From sequence record PQ850594.1: DNA of 64,000 bases; one strand, 5' to 3'. This DNA comes from Escherichia phage AnnaHegner_Bas87. Shown here piece after piece: positions 19,174-29,633 of this stretch (its first letter is position 1; every line of letters begins with the position of its first letter). The position numbers were made by a program, and so were the translations under genes. Below the pieces are notes generated by a model, which was not told the DNA's origin, searched no databases, and saw nothing but the letters and a program-made list of their open reading frames with translations.

Positions 19174-20205
19174 ATGGCTTATGGAATATGGTGTCAACCT
19201 GTAGGACCGGGACCAGCTTCCCCAGCTCCTCTCTTTATTGATAGCGGAAGCACTTTTCCTCAAATAAAAAATTCAATAAGTGGGAGTTTCAACTTTAACG
19301 GGGCTGGTAGATCTTTTCCTATTAGTGGGTGGGATGGGAGTGGTCAAATAGTGATTGTACCAACAGGCTCTCTTTGTTGGCAATGGGAGGTTCCTCCTAA
19401 TTTAGTTCCTGATGTATATTGTGTCAACAATATCTATGTAGAGAATAACACATCATTCAGGGTTACATTAAACCAAAACCCGGGAAGCAACCCTTTGTTT
19501 GACTGTGGTTTCAATGTATATCAAATCTACCCAAGAGCTGATAGGAACTATGGAATAACCTTCTCTAATACAGCTGATTATTTCTCTATCTCAGATGCTG
19601 GGATTGTGGGTCAATGCATCTGGGCTTGGCAAGGAACTATAAACAACGCTCTACAGATACCTGATATTGGTGGTTTCTATATGCCTAATGCTGTAGTTTT
19701 TGCTAACTGGTCTGATGGTGGTGTTGGTTTATCTTATACATCAGGAGATAGGGTGATTCGAGTTTATCAAAACAGGTCTTATAACAATGGCAACACTAAT
19801 GAAGGTGGTTCTGTGTTTGCTAGGGTTGCTGTATTTTGTAATGGTGCTGGGGTTCCTGAACACAACGGCGGTTTAAATATATACTCTCCCGGAACTACTC
19901 AGTGCGTATTCTCTACTTATAGGTCTCCTTTTACAGTAGACACTTTCGTAGGCTCAGCAGGTGGAAATACTGGCTTAGCTTATCCTATGATTCCTCTGTC
20001 TTCTGGAGTTGGAGCTATCAGAGGAAGTGGGAGTGGTTGGTATTATCAACAAATGCGTTCTCATACCATGTCAGGGTCTTCAATAGGAACTGGATATGGT
20101 AGATATATGTTCCAATGGTCTAACAGTTATGACTTAGGTTCTAATGCTGCTGTTAATATCTCCATCCCTGTAATCAACGCTGCTAAGATTTTTGCAGGTT
20201 TATGA
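19174..20205 (+). CDS. hypothetical virion protein
   Basis: 343-aa ORF abutting previous gene. Confidence 0.4.
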   Translation: MAYGIWCQPVGPGPASPAPLFIDSGSTFPQIKNSISGSFNFNGAGRSFPISGWDGSGQIVIVPTGSLCWQWEVPPNLVPDVYCVNNIYVENNTSFRVTLNQNPGSNPLFDCGFNVYQIYPRADRNYGITFSNTADYFSISDAGIVGQCIWAWQGTINNALQIPDIGGFYMPNAVVFANWSDGGVGLSYTSGDRVIRVYQNRSYNNGNTNEGGSVFARVAVFCNGAGVPEHNGGLNIYSPGTTQCVFSTYRSPFTVDTFVGSAGGNTGLAYPMIPLSSGVGAIRGSGSGWYYQQMRSHTMSGSSIGTGYGRYMFQWSNSYDLGSNAAVNISIPVINAAKIFAGL

Positions 20206-20217
20206 TAAGGAGTTTTT

Positions 20218-21015
20218 ATGACAAAAATAATGGGAGTGTCAGAGCTTGACCCTTTGGTCCAACAAGCTTCTAAGAAATATGGCATTCCTGCTGCTCTTAT
20301 ACATGCAGTGATTCAGAGAGAGTCTAATGGAAGACCTTCTGTTGAATCTGGTACAGGACCAGTAGGTTTAATGCAAATCAGTAAGGGGTTGGCTAAAGAT
20401 TATGGATATAAACTTGAAGATAGGTTAGACCCTGCAAAGAATATTGACATGGGTGCTAGATATTTAAGAGATAACCTGAAAGCTTTTGATGGTGATGTGA
20501 GGAAGGCTTTGGTGGGGTATTCAGAAGGAACTGGTGGTGCTAAGCAAATGTTTGCTGGTAAGAGAGGGTTTACACCTCAAGCTTTAGATTCAATGAATAA
20601 TAAGCTGTTCCTACCATTCTTTGATAAGAACACAGCAGCGGCACAAGTGGCTAATCCTGTAGGTGCTTTGAAAGCAGTTCAGCCTGTGGACCAGTTTGAT
20701 TCTAATACGCTGACTAGAGAAGGTGCTGCAAACGCTCCTACTCAAGCAGAGATAGCTGCAAGCAAGGCTGGAGCTTTAGGTGGTCGTCCTGTAGAGTTTT
20801 ACTCTGATGAACAATCTACTGGGGAAAATCAAAAACCTCAACAGAACTTTGGAAATGCTGTATTGGCAGCTGCTTCTATGCTTGCAGGAAAACAGCCTAA
20901 CTCTCAAACCGTACAGAGAGCACATGCCCCTACTCAAGCAGGTTCTCGATACAGTCCACAAACACAAGCCGTGCTGAGACGTTTGTCTAGCATAGGTACT
21001 GATATTTACAGATAA
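20218..21015 (+). CDS. lytic transglycosylase (SLT domain) virion protein
   Basis: ...IQRESNGRPSVESGTGPVGLMQIS... matches SLT catalytic Glu region. Confidence 0.65.
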   Translation: MTKIMGVSELDPLVQQASKKYGIPAALIHAVIQRESNGRPSVESGTGPVGLMQISKGLAKDYGYKLEDRLDPAKNIDMGARYLRDNLKAFDGDVRKALVGYSEGTGGAKQMFAGKRGFTPQALDSMNNKLFLPFFDKNTAAAQVANPVGALKAVQPVDQFDSNTLTREGAANAPTQAEIAASKAGALGGRPVEFYSDEQSTGENQKPQQNFGNAVLAAASMLAGKQPNSQTVQRAHAPTQAGSRYSPQTQAVLRRLSSIGTDIYR

Positions 21016-21024
21016 GGAGGACGT

Positions 21025-22077
21025 ATGTCTCTTTTCGGTTCTGCTCCTAAATCTAAGACTACGGTAGCTCCGTCTTCTCAGGTTGATGCTCTTCTGAAAC
21101 AGATTGTAGCAAATGCTCAGGCTATGAATCAAAACGATCAAGGTTTTATTAATCGTAACATAGCAGGTTTTAATGAAAATCAAACAGCAGCTCTTTCTAA
21201 TTTAGCAAATTCTAACACACTCAACCAACTCAGTAAGATGTACACCCCTAGAACTCAACAAGGGTTGGACCAGATGAATGAGTTGGCTCAGAAATATCAA
21301 AACCTAGTTAATAAAGGTGGTATCACTGCTCAGGATGTTAATAATTTTAGCTCTGGATTGAATAGCTCTGCTTTAGCTAAGTCTACAGGTAAAGCTGCTG
21401 CTAATGTATCTCTTGGTAATGGTTCTGATTCAGGTTCTCTTAGACGTGCTGCTGCTCAAGGTGCTGCTCTCTCTTCAGCGAATACAAACCTTTCTCGTTC
21501 TATTCAAGGTAAAAACATGGGTGTTAGCAATCTTATGAATAACAACTCCTATCAGCAAGGTTTGCTCAATGCTCAATCGGGTCTAGCAAATCAGAATCTG
21601 AATCTAGGAGCTGCTGGGGTACAAGCTGGTCAACAGGCAATACAGAATCAGCTCACTGCTGGGAATCTTCAACAACAGCAAGATCAACTCCAAGCTAACA
21701 ACAATTGGGAGAATGCTATTGGCAATCAGCAGTATGGTTGGAATCAGCTTAACAACCAGCTTAATGTATTAAACTCAGTAAGCCCAATGGCTGGGTACAC
21801 CATTACTAACAAAGGTGCTGCCCCTAATGTTTCACAACAAATCCTTGGTGCTGGGGTTACTGGTCTTGGTATTGCTGGACGTCTAGGTGCTTTTACCCCT
21901 AATCAGCAAACTACTAATGCTTGGAACTCATACAATGCTTCTGGAGGTCAAGCTGGGATGGCTGGTCCTATGATTGGTGGCTCAAACCTGTCTCAACAGA
22001 ATGGTCAGAGCAACTGGTTATCTACCGCAGGAAGTAATATCTTAGGTGGTGTTCTAGGAGCCTTTGGAGCAAATTAA
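21025..22077 (+). CDS. Q/N/G-rich low-complexity virion protein
   Basis: 350-aa ORF; N-terminus MSLFGSAPKSKTT; poly-Q/N segments. Confidence 0.5.
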   Translation: MSLFGSAPKSKTTVAPSSQVDALLKQIVANAQAMNQNDQGFINRNIAGFNENQTAALSNLANSNTLNQLSKMYTPRTQQGLDQMNELAQKYQNLVNKGGITAQDVNNFSSGLNSSALAKSTGKAAANVSLGNGSDSGSLRRAAAQGAALSSANTNLSRSIQGKNMGVSNLMNNNSYQQGLLNAQSGLANQNLNLGAAGVQAGQQAIQNQLTAGNLQQQQDQLQANNNWENAIGNQQYGWNQLNNQLNVLNSVSPMAGYTITNKGAAPNVSQQILGAGVTGLGIAGRLGAFTPNQQTTNAWNSYNASGGQAGMAGPMIGGSNLSQQNGQSNWLSTAGSNILGGVLGAFGAN

Positions 22078-22086
22078 GGAGGAGCT

Positions 22087-23055
22087 ATGGCTTTATTTGG
22101 TAGTGGGAGTAGCAAGACTACTTCTAAAATGACAAGACCTGACTACATTCAGTCCTATATTGATCAGTTGGTCAATCAGGTTAATAACACTAGTTCAGGC
22201 GATTATGTGTATCGAGAAAATGTTGGACTTAATCAAAACCAGCAAGAAGCTCTGAACAATCTATCACAATCTGGTGCATTAGGTGCACTTTCTTCTCAGT
22301 ATATGGATGCTGCTCAATCTGGTTTAGGTTATCTAGATAATGCATACTCTGGATATAACAACCTGTCTAACTCTGGTCAAATCACTGGGGAACAGATTGG
22401 TGCTCTTGCAGGCCAGCTCTATGACGACGAGGCTGTGCAAGCAGCTATTGCAGCGAATAATGAACAAACCCAACAGAGTTTGGCTAGGAATGCACTTCCT
22501 CAAATCTCTCAGCAGTTTGCTGGTCAGCAAGGTTCTGGTGCACGTATGGCTAAATCTTTTGCTCAGGGTGATGCTCTGAACCAGATGCAGAACACAGCAA
22601 CTAATATTACTAACAGTGCTTATGACTCCGCTCTAACTCAAGCACAGAACATTCTTTCTGGTAATAGACAAACACAAGCATCTGCTTTGGGTGGTTTATC
22701 TAACATTGGCTCCAATCTTGCTAATCTAGGAAACCAAGCTGGTCAGTTATCACAACAGCAAATGATGAATCAGTGGAATGCAGGACTGCAACAGCAGCAA
22801 CAACAGCAGTCTGATTTGAACAATGCTTATGAGAATGCTCAGAATGCCGCTAATTGGGGTTGGCAGGATATTAACAATCAACTAGGTGCTGCCGGGGTTC
22901 TTAATGGAGCTTTAGGGACAACCACAACTACTAAAACATCTGGTGGTAGTGGAGGCTTCCTAGGTGGTGCTGCTAGCGGTGCTGCTGCTGGCTCAGCTTT
23001 TGGCCCTTGGGGTGCTTTAGCTGGCGGTGTTATCGGTGGCTTAGCTAGCTCTTAA
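22087..23055 (+). CDS. Q/N/G-rich low-complexity virion protein (paralog of 21025-22077)
   Basis: 322-aa ORF; N-terminus MALFGSGSSKTTSK; similar composition and motifs. Confidence 0.5.
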   Translation: MALFGSGSSKTTSKMTRPDYIQSYIDQLVNQVNNTSSGDYVYRENVGLNQNQQEALNNLSQSGALGALSSQYMDAAQSGLGYLDNAYSGYNNLSNSGQITGEQIGALAGQLYDDEAVQAAIAANNEQTQQSLARNALPQISQQFAGQQGSGARMAKSFAQGDALNQMQNTATNITNSAYDSALTQAQNILSGNRQTQASALGGLSNIGSNLANLGNQAGQLSQQQMMNQWNAGLQQQQQQQSDLNNAYENAQNAANWGWQDINNQLGAAGVLNGALGTTTTTKTSGGSGGFLGGAASGAAAGSAFGPWGALAGGVIGGLASS

Positions 23056-23069
23056 TTAGGAGAATAATT

Positions 23070-24737
23070 ATGCAACAAACTTCTTATGCGTATCTTCGCA
23101 GTCAAGACCCAAGAAATCAGATTTATGGTGTTAAACAAGGGGCCGCTTCGGCCTCTCCATACATGGCAAGACCTGCTTATCCAGCTGCTGATGTTTCTAT
23201 GTATAACCGGAGACCTCCTGCCTCTCCTGTAGGTTTATCCTCTCTTGTTGCTACTACTCAAGAAGACCAAGAAGCTATGTTAAATCCGGGATTTAGGCAG
23301 CGCCTTATGGAAGCAGAGAATCAAGGGACTCCTACAAGCCTTCAGGGTATTGATATTGGCGAACCAGCTCCTGCTATGAATAACCCAGATCTATCCTCTG
23401 ATGAGGGTCTACAAGCTGCTGGGTTGATGCCTAGTGACCCACTTCCTGTTACTCCTCCTCGTAAACCTCTGGAAGAAACAGATAAAGAGTTCTCTCCAGT
23501 TCAGGTGGAACAGGCTCAGAATGTTATTAACACTTTAGCTAATAGTAATCCAGCTCCTGAAGGTATGGCTGGTGCAACTCGTGCTAAAGACCAAGAACGT
23601 ATTAATAATGATATTATGGAAGTAGCTAAAGCTAAAGATCCAGCACAAGCTTGGAATGAGCTTCAGAAGCAACCGTTCTACCAGAAGTCTAGTTTCTATA
23701 CTGGCTTAATGGGTGTTGGTCTTTCTATCATGTCAGGTAAATCCCCTATTGAAGCTTTCCAGATTGGTTCTGGCTTAGCTGCTCAGGATGAAACTAAACA
23801 ACAACTAGAAGCCAACCGTGATGCTCTGTTAGAACAAGGCTATTCTCAAGATTCAGTTGCTGCTGCAATTGCTTCGGGAGATCCCTCCCTTCTCAAAATG
23901 CGTCAGATTAGTCCTCAGGAGAAGATGGCTCTTGCTGCTCAGGATGAAGAACGTGCTAATCGTGAGTGGGATAGACGTCAACAGATTCAAGAGAATTCGA
24001 TGCGGGAACGTGCTGCTGAAACTCGTCGTGCTGCTGAAGAACGTGCTAATGCTCAGTTCGAGAAACAGAAAGAACTTATTGGATATCGTGATCAAGTTAA
24101 AGCAGAGCGTGCAGAGAAGGCTGCTCAGAGCTTTACTTTCAACCCTAAAGAAGTTCGTCTGGCTCAGAACACAGCAGAAGGTACAGTTGCTAAGCAGTGG
24201 GCAGAGAAAGCAGGTCTGTTCAACCAGTCTCATAAGGACTTGGATTTAGCAGACAAAGCTGTTAAGGATAAGGATTACCAAACTGCTCGTTCTGCTTACA
24301 TGCAGGCTATTATGAACTCCGCAAGGGCAGAAATTGGTGCTAACCGTTCTCTCCAAGCTGATGACTTGGCTCACTTTGCAGAAGACCCGTCAATCTTCGT
24401 TAAGGTTGGTAATACTTGGTCCCTTAAAGCAGGCTATCGTCCTTCTGATGCTGCTCTGTCATATGCTCGTAAGCAGGCAACTGTTGGTGCTACTTCCGCT
24501 GAGAAAGGTGTGAAGGATGCTAAGAAAGCAACAATTGAGGCATATATCGGTTCTGGTATGGATAAGAAAAGAGCTACAGCTCTTGTCAACCGTGCTATCC
24601 CATCTGCTGGTTTCTATGACCCATTCGGTACGTTTGAGAGTGAAGCTGAAGCAGCTGTTGGTGGAGATACTACAAATCCTCGCTTAACAGGTGCTCTTTC
24701 TTCTTCAGCGGCAGATACGAGTTGGATGTTCCAGTAA
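23070..24737 (+). CDS. hypothetical internal virion protein
   Basis: 555-aa ORF with RBS in structural block. Confidence 0.45.
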   Translation: MQQTSYAYLRSQDPRNQIYGVKQGAASASPYMARPAYPAADVSMYNRRPPASPVGLSSLVATTQEDQEAMLNPGFRQRLMEAENQGTPTSLQGIDIGEPAPAMNNPDLSSDEGLQAAGLMPSDPLPVTPPRKPLEETDKEFSPVQVEQAQNVINTLANSNPAPEGMAGATRAKDQERINNDIMEVAKAKDPAQAWNELQKQPFYQKSSFYTGLMGVGLSIMSGKSPIEAFQIGSGLAAQDETKQQLEANRDALLEQGYSQDSVAAAIASGDPSLLKMRQISPQEKMALAAQDEERANREWDRRQQIQENSMRERAAETRRAAEERANAQFEKQKELIGYRDQVKAERAEKAAQSFTFNPKEVRLAQNTAEGTVAKQWAEKAGLFNQSHKDLDLADKAVKDKDYQTARSAYMQAIMNSARAEIGANRSLQADDLAHFAEDPSIFVKVGNTWSLKAGYRPSDAALSYARKQATVGATSAEKGVKDAKKATIEAYIGSGMDKKRATALVNRAIPSAGFYDPFGTFESEAEAAVGGDTTNPRLTGALSSSAADTSWMFQ

Positions 24738-24762
24738 TCTAAGACCTAAGTCCTATCTCTTA

Positions 24763-24771
24763 TAATGTATA
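24763..24771 (+). promoter_or_regulatory. phage promoter-like motif TAATGTATA
   Basis: exact 9-mer 37 nt upstream of ATG 24808; AAGGAG RBS between. Confidence 0.45.
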
Positions 24772-24807
24772 TAGGAGGTAGGACATTTTTATTTATAAGG
24801 AGACGTT

Positions 24808-27800
24808 ATGGCTAATTTAAAATCGTGGGAAGAAGCTTCCAAAGCTCCTGCGTATCTGAATGCCTCTCCAGAGCAACAGGCTCAAATGAGAGAACAATAC
24901 AAGGCAGCAGGGGGCACTATTCCTGAGACTCAACCACAAGAGCAACCACAACAAGAAGAACGAGGTGTTATTGGGGAGTTTGCTCAAGGTGTGTCTAACG
25001 CTCTTCAATCAGGTGGTGCTAACATTGCAGCTAGTGCTGCTAAAGGTTTAGGTGGGCTGGTAGAGATTGGTGAAAACCTAACTGGTTCGGAAACAAGCTA
25101 TGGTAAGCGCATTCAAGAGAACTCTAAGCAATTGCTGGAAGAACGCTTATCTAAGATAGAAGATGGTTTTGGTAAAACAGCTGGTCAGTATGCTGGTGTT
25201 GCTGCTGATATTGGTTTGACAGTTGCAAACCCTGCTGTTGCTGCTGCTGTTATCGCAGCTCGTGAAACAGGTCGTGCTTATGCTGATCAAACTCCTAAAG
25301 AAGATGAAGATAAGTCAATCTTAGATGCTGCTCTTGTTGGTGGTGCTAACTACGCTGCTCAGAAGATACTTCCGGGCATGACTGGTACAGCTTCTACTAC
25401 TCTAGGTCGTGTAGGACAAAGCGTAGCCTCTAACGCGGTTGCTGGTGCTAAGGGTGGTGCTATTGTTGGTGCTGCTGAAGCTCAGAACAAATATGGAGAT
25501 GATACTACTCTAGCTAATGTCTTAGAAGGGGCTATTGAAGAAGGTGCACTCGGTGCCGCTTATGGTGGGGCGATTGGTGGGGTTCATGGGTTAATAAGTC
25601 GTCCTAGTCCTCAAGTGTTTGATCGTACTCCTGAGCATGTTAAGACTGACATTGCTGCTGAAGATGAGGCTATTCGTAAAGCTGCTAACGCTGATGAACT
25701 TCGTGAAGCCTATGCTAAAGCTGAGAATGCTAATGCTGCCTCTGCTTTAAACCTTCTGGATGAAAATGGTTTCCGAATCACAGATGCAGTTGCTATGGAC
25801 TCTCCTGCTGTTCAACGTATATTAAATACAGATCAAAATCGTGCAGAGAAGGCTGCTACGGTTCAGAAAGATAGTTCTAACGTTCCCGGTCTTAATCCTT
25901 TAGCTTCTCCTAAGAAGACTCAAGGTAAAGCTTTTGCGGACAACGAGTACAACCAGAAACAAGCTGTGGCAATGAAAGATGCAATGGCTGACTACACTAA
26001 AGATAACACCAAAGCCCTTACTGATGTTCTAGACAACCTAGACCGAGAGTTAGTAGCTCTGAGAGCAAGTGGTGATTTTACTGGTAGTGCTATTGACATT
26101 AAAAACCGTACTCAAGCTGATCGTGATTTTATTGATGCTTATAAAACTTTTTACAGTGAAGCTAATCGTTTCAAAGCTCGTGATGGTGAAGACCTAAACA
26201 ACTTCATTGATAAAGCTACTCAGTTGCAGAAGCTCTCTGAAAATGTTTCTCCAGAAATGAAGAAGGCCATTGGTGGATTAAAGAAACTAAAAGGTATGCC
26301 TGAAGGTTTTAACCCTATCCAAGATGCTTTCACTCTGAATAATACAGCTAAGTTCATGAGTAACCAAGACCGTGGTTGGACCTCTCTGACTGATGACGGT
26401 TTTCGTGAAGCTCCGGCTCCTGTGTTAGTTAAGAATCCTCTCGGTGCAGCCAAGTATGTACTTAACCGCTTTACTTCCGATCGTGCTCGTGCTCAACGTG
26501 AGAAGCAACAGTCAGCTAATAGTGAAGCTATCCGCTCTTTGGCTAGGGCTGATTTAGAAGTACAACGAGCTAGAACTCAGGCTGAAGAAGCAAGAGCAAA
26601 AATGGAAGAAGAACCAACTACAGAAGATATCAAATTCCGTACTCAAAATGATGCACCTTCCGAACCGGTTCGTGAGGAGCCTTCTGCTACTACTGTGACG
26701 GAAGAAATTCCTTCCTCTCCAGCTCCAGCTGAAACACCTCTTACTGCGAGGGATTTGGTTGCTCAAAGACGTGCTCTCCAACAAGCAGAGCTTAGACGTC
26801 AAGAAGCTGAAGCTGCTCAGGCTCAAGAAAGTGCTACATCAGAACCTGAACCACAGCAAGAAGCTCTTACAGCTAGAGAATTAGTAGCTCAGCGTAGGGC
26901 TGTAGCAGAGGCTAAGAAACGTCAAGAGGCAGAGGAAGCAGAACGTGCTAAAGAAGCTCCTGAGGAGGCCGTAGAAGAGCCTAAAGAGAAACCTGAGCCA
27001 TTACCTGCTCGTGCTCCTAAAGCTCCTGAGAAGGCTCCTGAGCCTGTTAAACCATCACTCGGTGTAGAGCGTCTGGCTTCTATGTCAACTGCTGCCCGTC
27101 AGGCAACAAAAGATCGTGCTGACCGATTTGCTCGTTCTTTGTATTCGGCTGCTGCTAAAGCTAAAGCTACTGCGGAAAACTTCCTTTCTTATAAAGGAGA
27201 CCCTAAAGAGCTTATGCGTCGTATCCGTCAGGAAGACCAAGCAAACAACACACAGCGTCATGAAGAGATGGCTAGAAACCAACTAGCTTCACAGCAAGGC
27301 ATTGCTTCTGCTAAATCTCAACATGTTCGTGCTTCTTTTGCTGATTGGGTGAAAGAACGTGGGTTGCCTTCTGATATTGCTACTAAGGCTTTACGGGCTG
27401 AAGAGAAAGGTTTAGGTGGGAACGTCACAAGTCTAGATTCACTGAAGCGAAGAGCTGAGCGTTTATATCAGAAACAAAGAGATGATGAGTTTGACCGTCT
27501 CTATAGAGAGGCTCTGGAAGAGAATAAAGCTTTTGATAAGAGAGATGCTCCTAAACTGGTAGACCAGAAGAAAGAGCTTCAGGATGAAATTGGTGCGTTG
27601 CTTGATGCTGAACCGTTACGTCCTGCTCAGAAAGATGCTATGCGTAGGATTATGGAAGACTTCGTGGAGAGCAAGTTTAAATCTTCAGAGAAAGCTGGAA
27701 GGGTTGAGGCTTTGGAAGTTGGTCAGATGAAGGATGTGTGGGATGGGTTTATTAATACCTATAACCGAGAAGTTAACATGTTCAACAAGGCTAACAAGAA

Positions 27801-29253
27801 TTCTCAATACGAAGCAGCAGCTAAACACTTGCAAGCACGTCAAGAACGTCTTGAGACGCTCCGTAACAGAGCTAAGGCTCGCAGTGATGCTAAGGCAGCC
27901 ATGGAGGCTGAGAAGCAGTCCTTGGAGGCTATAGCGGCTCAGAAATCAGAGATAGAGAAGATGTTCAAAGAATTGCCTGAAAGTGTCAGAGAGGCTCAGG
28001 AAGGGCGTACTTTGAAACAGCTTGCTGCTCACCATGATAAGAACTCTCCAGTACCACCGGAGCGTTTCCGTAGTATTATTGAACGTATCCACAACGCTGA
28101 GAGTGATTACCTCGATCGCAAACGTCGTTTGACCGAAGCAGAGGAAGATGCTCGTGAAGCTAAGTGGAACAGGATGTATGAACAGGCTGAGGAAATGAAC
28201 CGTAGGTTTGATATCGATGCTAGAGTGAAGAGAGATAAAGCTCTAAAGGAAGCTCAAGAACGAGAGAATGACTTAATGGCAGTTCAACGTCAGCGTGATG
28301 ACATTCATAAGCGTTTAGTCAATACTCTGGAAGAGAAGGGAGTTTCTAGGGAAGATGCTGAAGCGTATGCTGGGTCTTACATGGATAATCGGTATGCTTT
28401 GTTAGAGAAACCAATGACTCCAGTGGAACACCAGAATGCTCGTGCTCGTATTGAATCTGACGTAGAGAAGTTTGTTAAGAAATACGAAACAGCTACTCCA
28501 ATCGAAAGAGAGATCGCTAAAGCAACTGGTGATGTAGATGGGAAACCTTCTGACTTAGATGCAGAAACATTAAAAGCTATCGAAGATGCTCGTAAAGTTG
28601 ATTCCGATTTTAAGAAACTCTTAGATGAAGAGAAGGAAATGGAGAAGATTCGTTCAGCTCTACCTGAAGATGAAAGATCTCAGGCGAACTCTGATATTCT
28701 GGAAAGTATCAAGAAACAGGAAGATGATTTTGCTAGCAAAGCAGAGAAAGCTTTTATTGAAGGGAAGGATTTGCAGGAGTTAGCGAGTGTTGCAGAAGTT
28801 CTAGATAGGGTTCATGGTGCAGACAAGGCTGGTAACAACCGTCGATTTGTACGTGCTCTACAGACTGCTGCCGAGAACAAGAAACGTTATGGGGATAATC
28901 CAGTGGCTTGGTTTAGTGCTGATGATTACTCTGCTATTGCGAAACTTGGTGCTGCTTCGGCAGGTGGTAACAAATCTCGAGCACTTGAGAAAATCTTTGG
29001 TTCTACAGCAGAACAAGCTAAAGGGAAACTTTTAGGGCGGGATGATGTAGCTAAGATTAGGCGTGTGATTGAAGCGAATCCTAATGTTAAGATTCCTTCT
29101 TACAAGACAACTACTCGACAAGAGTACATGCAGTTCTTGGAGAAGTATAATGACGAGGGAGAGTTGAAAGTCAAACGTGGTTCTCTGTCTGACAAGTTGG
29201 AGAGAGGTAAGCGTCAAGCCAAACTCCGTGTTAGAGTTCGAGCTAAAGAGTAA
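24808..29253 (+). CDS. giant internal virion/ejection protein
   Basis: 1481-aa Ala- and charge-rich ORF with long helical regions; last gene of structural module. Confidence 0.55.
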   Translation: MANLKSWEEASKAPAYLNASPEQQAQMREQYKAAGGTIPETQPQEQPQQEERGVIGEFAQGVSNALQSGGANIAASAAKGLGGLVEIGENLTGSETSYGKRIQENSKQLLEERLSKIEDGFGKTAGQYAGVAADIGLTVANPAVAAAVIAARETGRAYADQTPKEDEDKSILDAALVGGANYAAQKILPGMTGTASTTLGRVGQSVASNAVAGAKGGAIVGAAEAQNKYGDDTTLANVLEGAIEEGALGAAYGGAIGGVHGLISRPSPQVFDRTPEHVKTDIAAEDEAIRKAANADELREAYAKAENANAASALNLLDENGFRITDAVAMDSPAVQRILNTDQNRAEKAATVQKDSSNVPGLNPLASPKKTQGKAFADNEYNQKQAVAMKDAMADYTKDNTKALTDVLDNLDRELVALRASGDFTGSAIDIKNRTQADRDFIDAYKTFYSEANRFKARDGEDLNNFIDKATQLQKLSENVSPEMKKAIGGLKKLKGMPEGFNPIQDAFTLNNTAKFMSNQDRGWTSLTDDGFREAPAPVLVKNPLGAAKYVLNRFTSDRARAQREKQQSANSEAIRSLARADLEVQRARTQAEEARAKMEEEPTTEDIKFRTQNDAPSEPVREEPSATTVTEEIPSSPAPAETPLTARDLVAQRRALQQAELRRQEAEAAQAQESATSEPEPQQEALTARELVAQRRAVAEAKKRQEAEEAERAKEAPEEAVEEPKEKPEPLPARAPKAPEKAPEPVKPSLGVERLASMSTAARQATKDRADRFARSLYSAAAKAKATAENFLSYKGDPKELMRRIRQEDQANNTQRHEEMARNQLASQQGIASAKSQHVRASFADWVKERGLPSDIATKALRAEEKGLGGNVTSLDSLKRRAERLYQKQRDDEFDRLYREALEENKAFDKRDAPKLVDQKKELQDEIGALLDAEPLRPAQKDAMRRIMEDFVESKFKSSEKAGRVEALEVGQMKDVWDGFINTYNREVNMFNKANKNSQYEAAAKHLQARQERLETLRNRAKARSDAKAAMEAEKQSLEAIAAQKSEIEKMFKELPESVREAQEGRTLKQLAAHHDKNSPVPPERFRSIIERIHNAESDYLDRKRRLTEAEEDAREAKWNRMYEQAEEMNRRFDIDARVKRDKALKEAQERENDLMAVQRQRDDIHKRLVNTLEEKGVSREDAEAYAGSYMDNRYALLEKPMTPVEHQNARARIESDVEKFVKKYETATPIEREIAKATGDVDGKPSDLDAETLKAIEDARKVDSDFKKLLDEEKEMEKIRSALPEDERSQANSDILESIKKQEDDFASKAEKAFIEGKDLQELASVAEVLDRVHGADKAGNNRRFVRALQTAAENKKRYGDNPVAWFSADDYSAIAKLGAASAGGNKSRALEKIFGSTAEQAKGKLLGRDDVAKIRRVIEANPNVKIPSYKTTTRQEYMQFLEKYNDEGELKVKRGSLSDKLERGKRQAKLRVRVRAKE
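26740..26991 (+). repeat. tandem 126-bp (42-aa) repeat inside giant protein gene
   Basis: LTARDLVAQRRALQQAE... / LTARELVAQRRAVAEAK... Confidence 0.4.
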
Positions 29254-29300
29254 ACAAAAAAAGCCCCCAACCTGTAAAAAGGAAGGGGGCTTCTTTATTT
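29254..29300. terminator. bidirectional rho-independent terminator at convergent junction
   Basis: AAGCCCCC...GGGGGCTT hairpin flanked by A7 upstream and CTTTATTT downstream. Confidence 0.55.
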
Positions 29301-29358
29301 CTAGATGTTAGAATCCATCGAATTCATCACACATCCCAATTTTCTTCTTCGAAGTCAA

Positions 29359-29625
29359 TCATAAGACCTCCCAATCATCTGCAAATAAATCACCCTGAGA
29401 TGGAACCCATCCGGGTTGCATAATACCCTGAGCATTCTTTAAGTCTAAATGAGGGGCGATAGTGAATCGACCTGTGATGCCAGCTTTTTCATAATCAGAA
29501 CCCGGTCGAGCTTCTTCTACTTCATATCCACCTGCTTTGATGACGAACTGATTTGCACCATTCCAACCAGAACGAGCAATCTTCTTACCTTCTTTTACTT
29601 TAATAAGTGCTGAACTAAAATCCAT
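29359..29625 (-). CDS. DUF2829-like protein (Tad2-like anti-defense candidate)
   Basis: 88 aa; ...EGKKIARSGWNG... and C-terminal ...WVPSQGDLFADDWEVL match my recollection of DUF2829. Confidence 0.5.
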   Translation of the reverse strand: MDFSSALIKVKEGKKIARSGWNGANQFVIKAGGYEVEEARPGSDYEKAGITGRFTIAPHLDLKNAQGIMQPGWVPSQGDLFADDWEVL

Positions 29626-29633
29626 TTGTTCTC

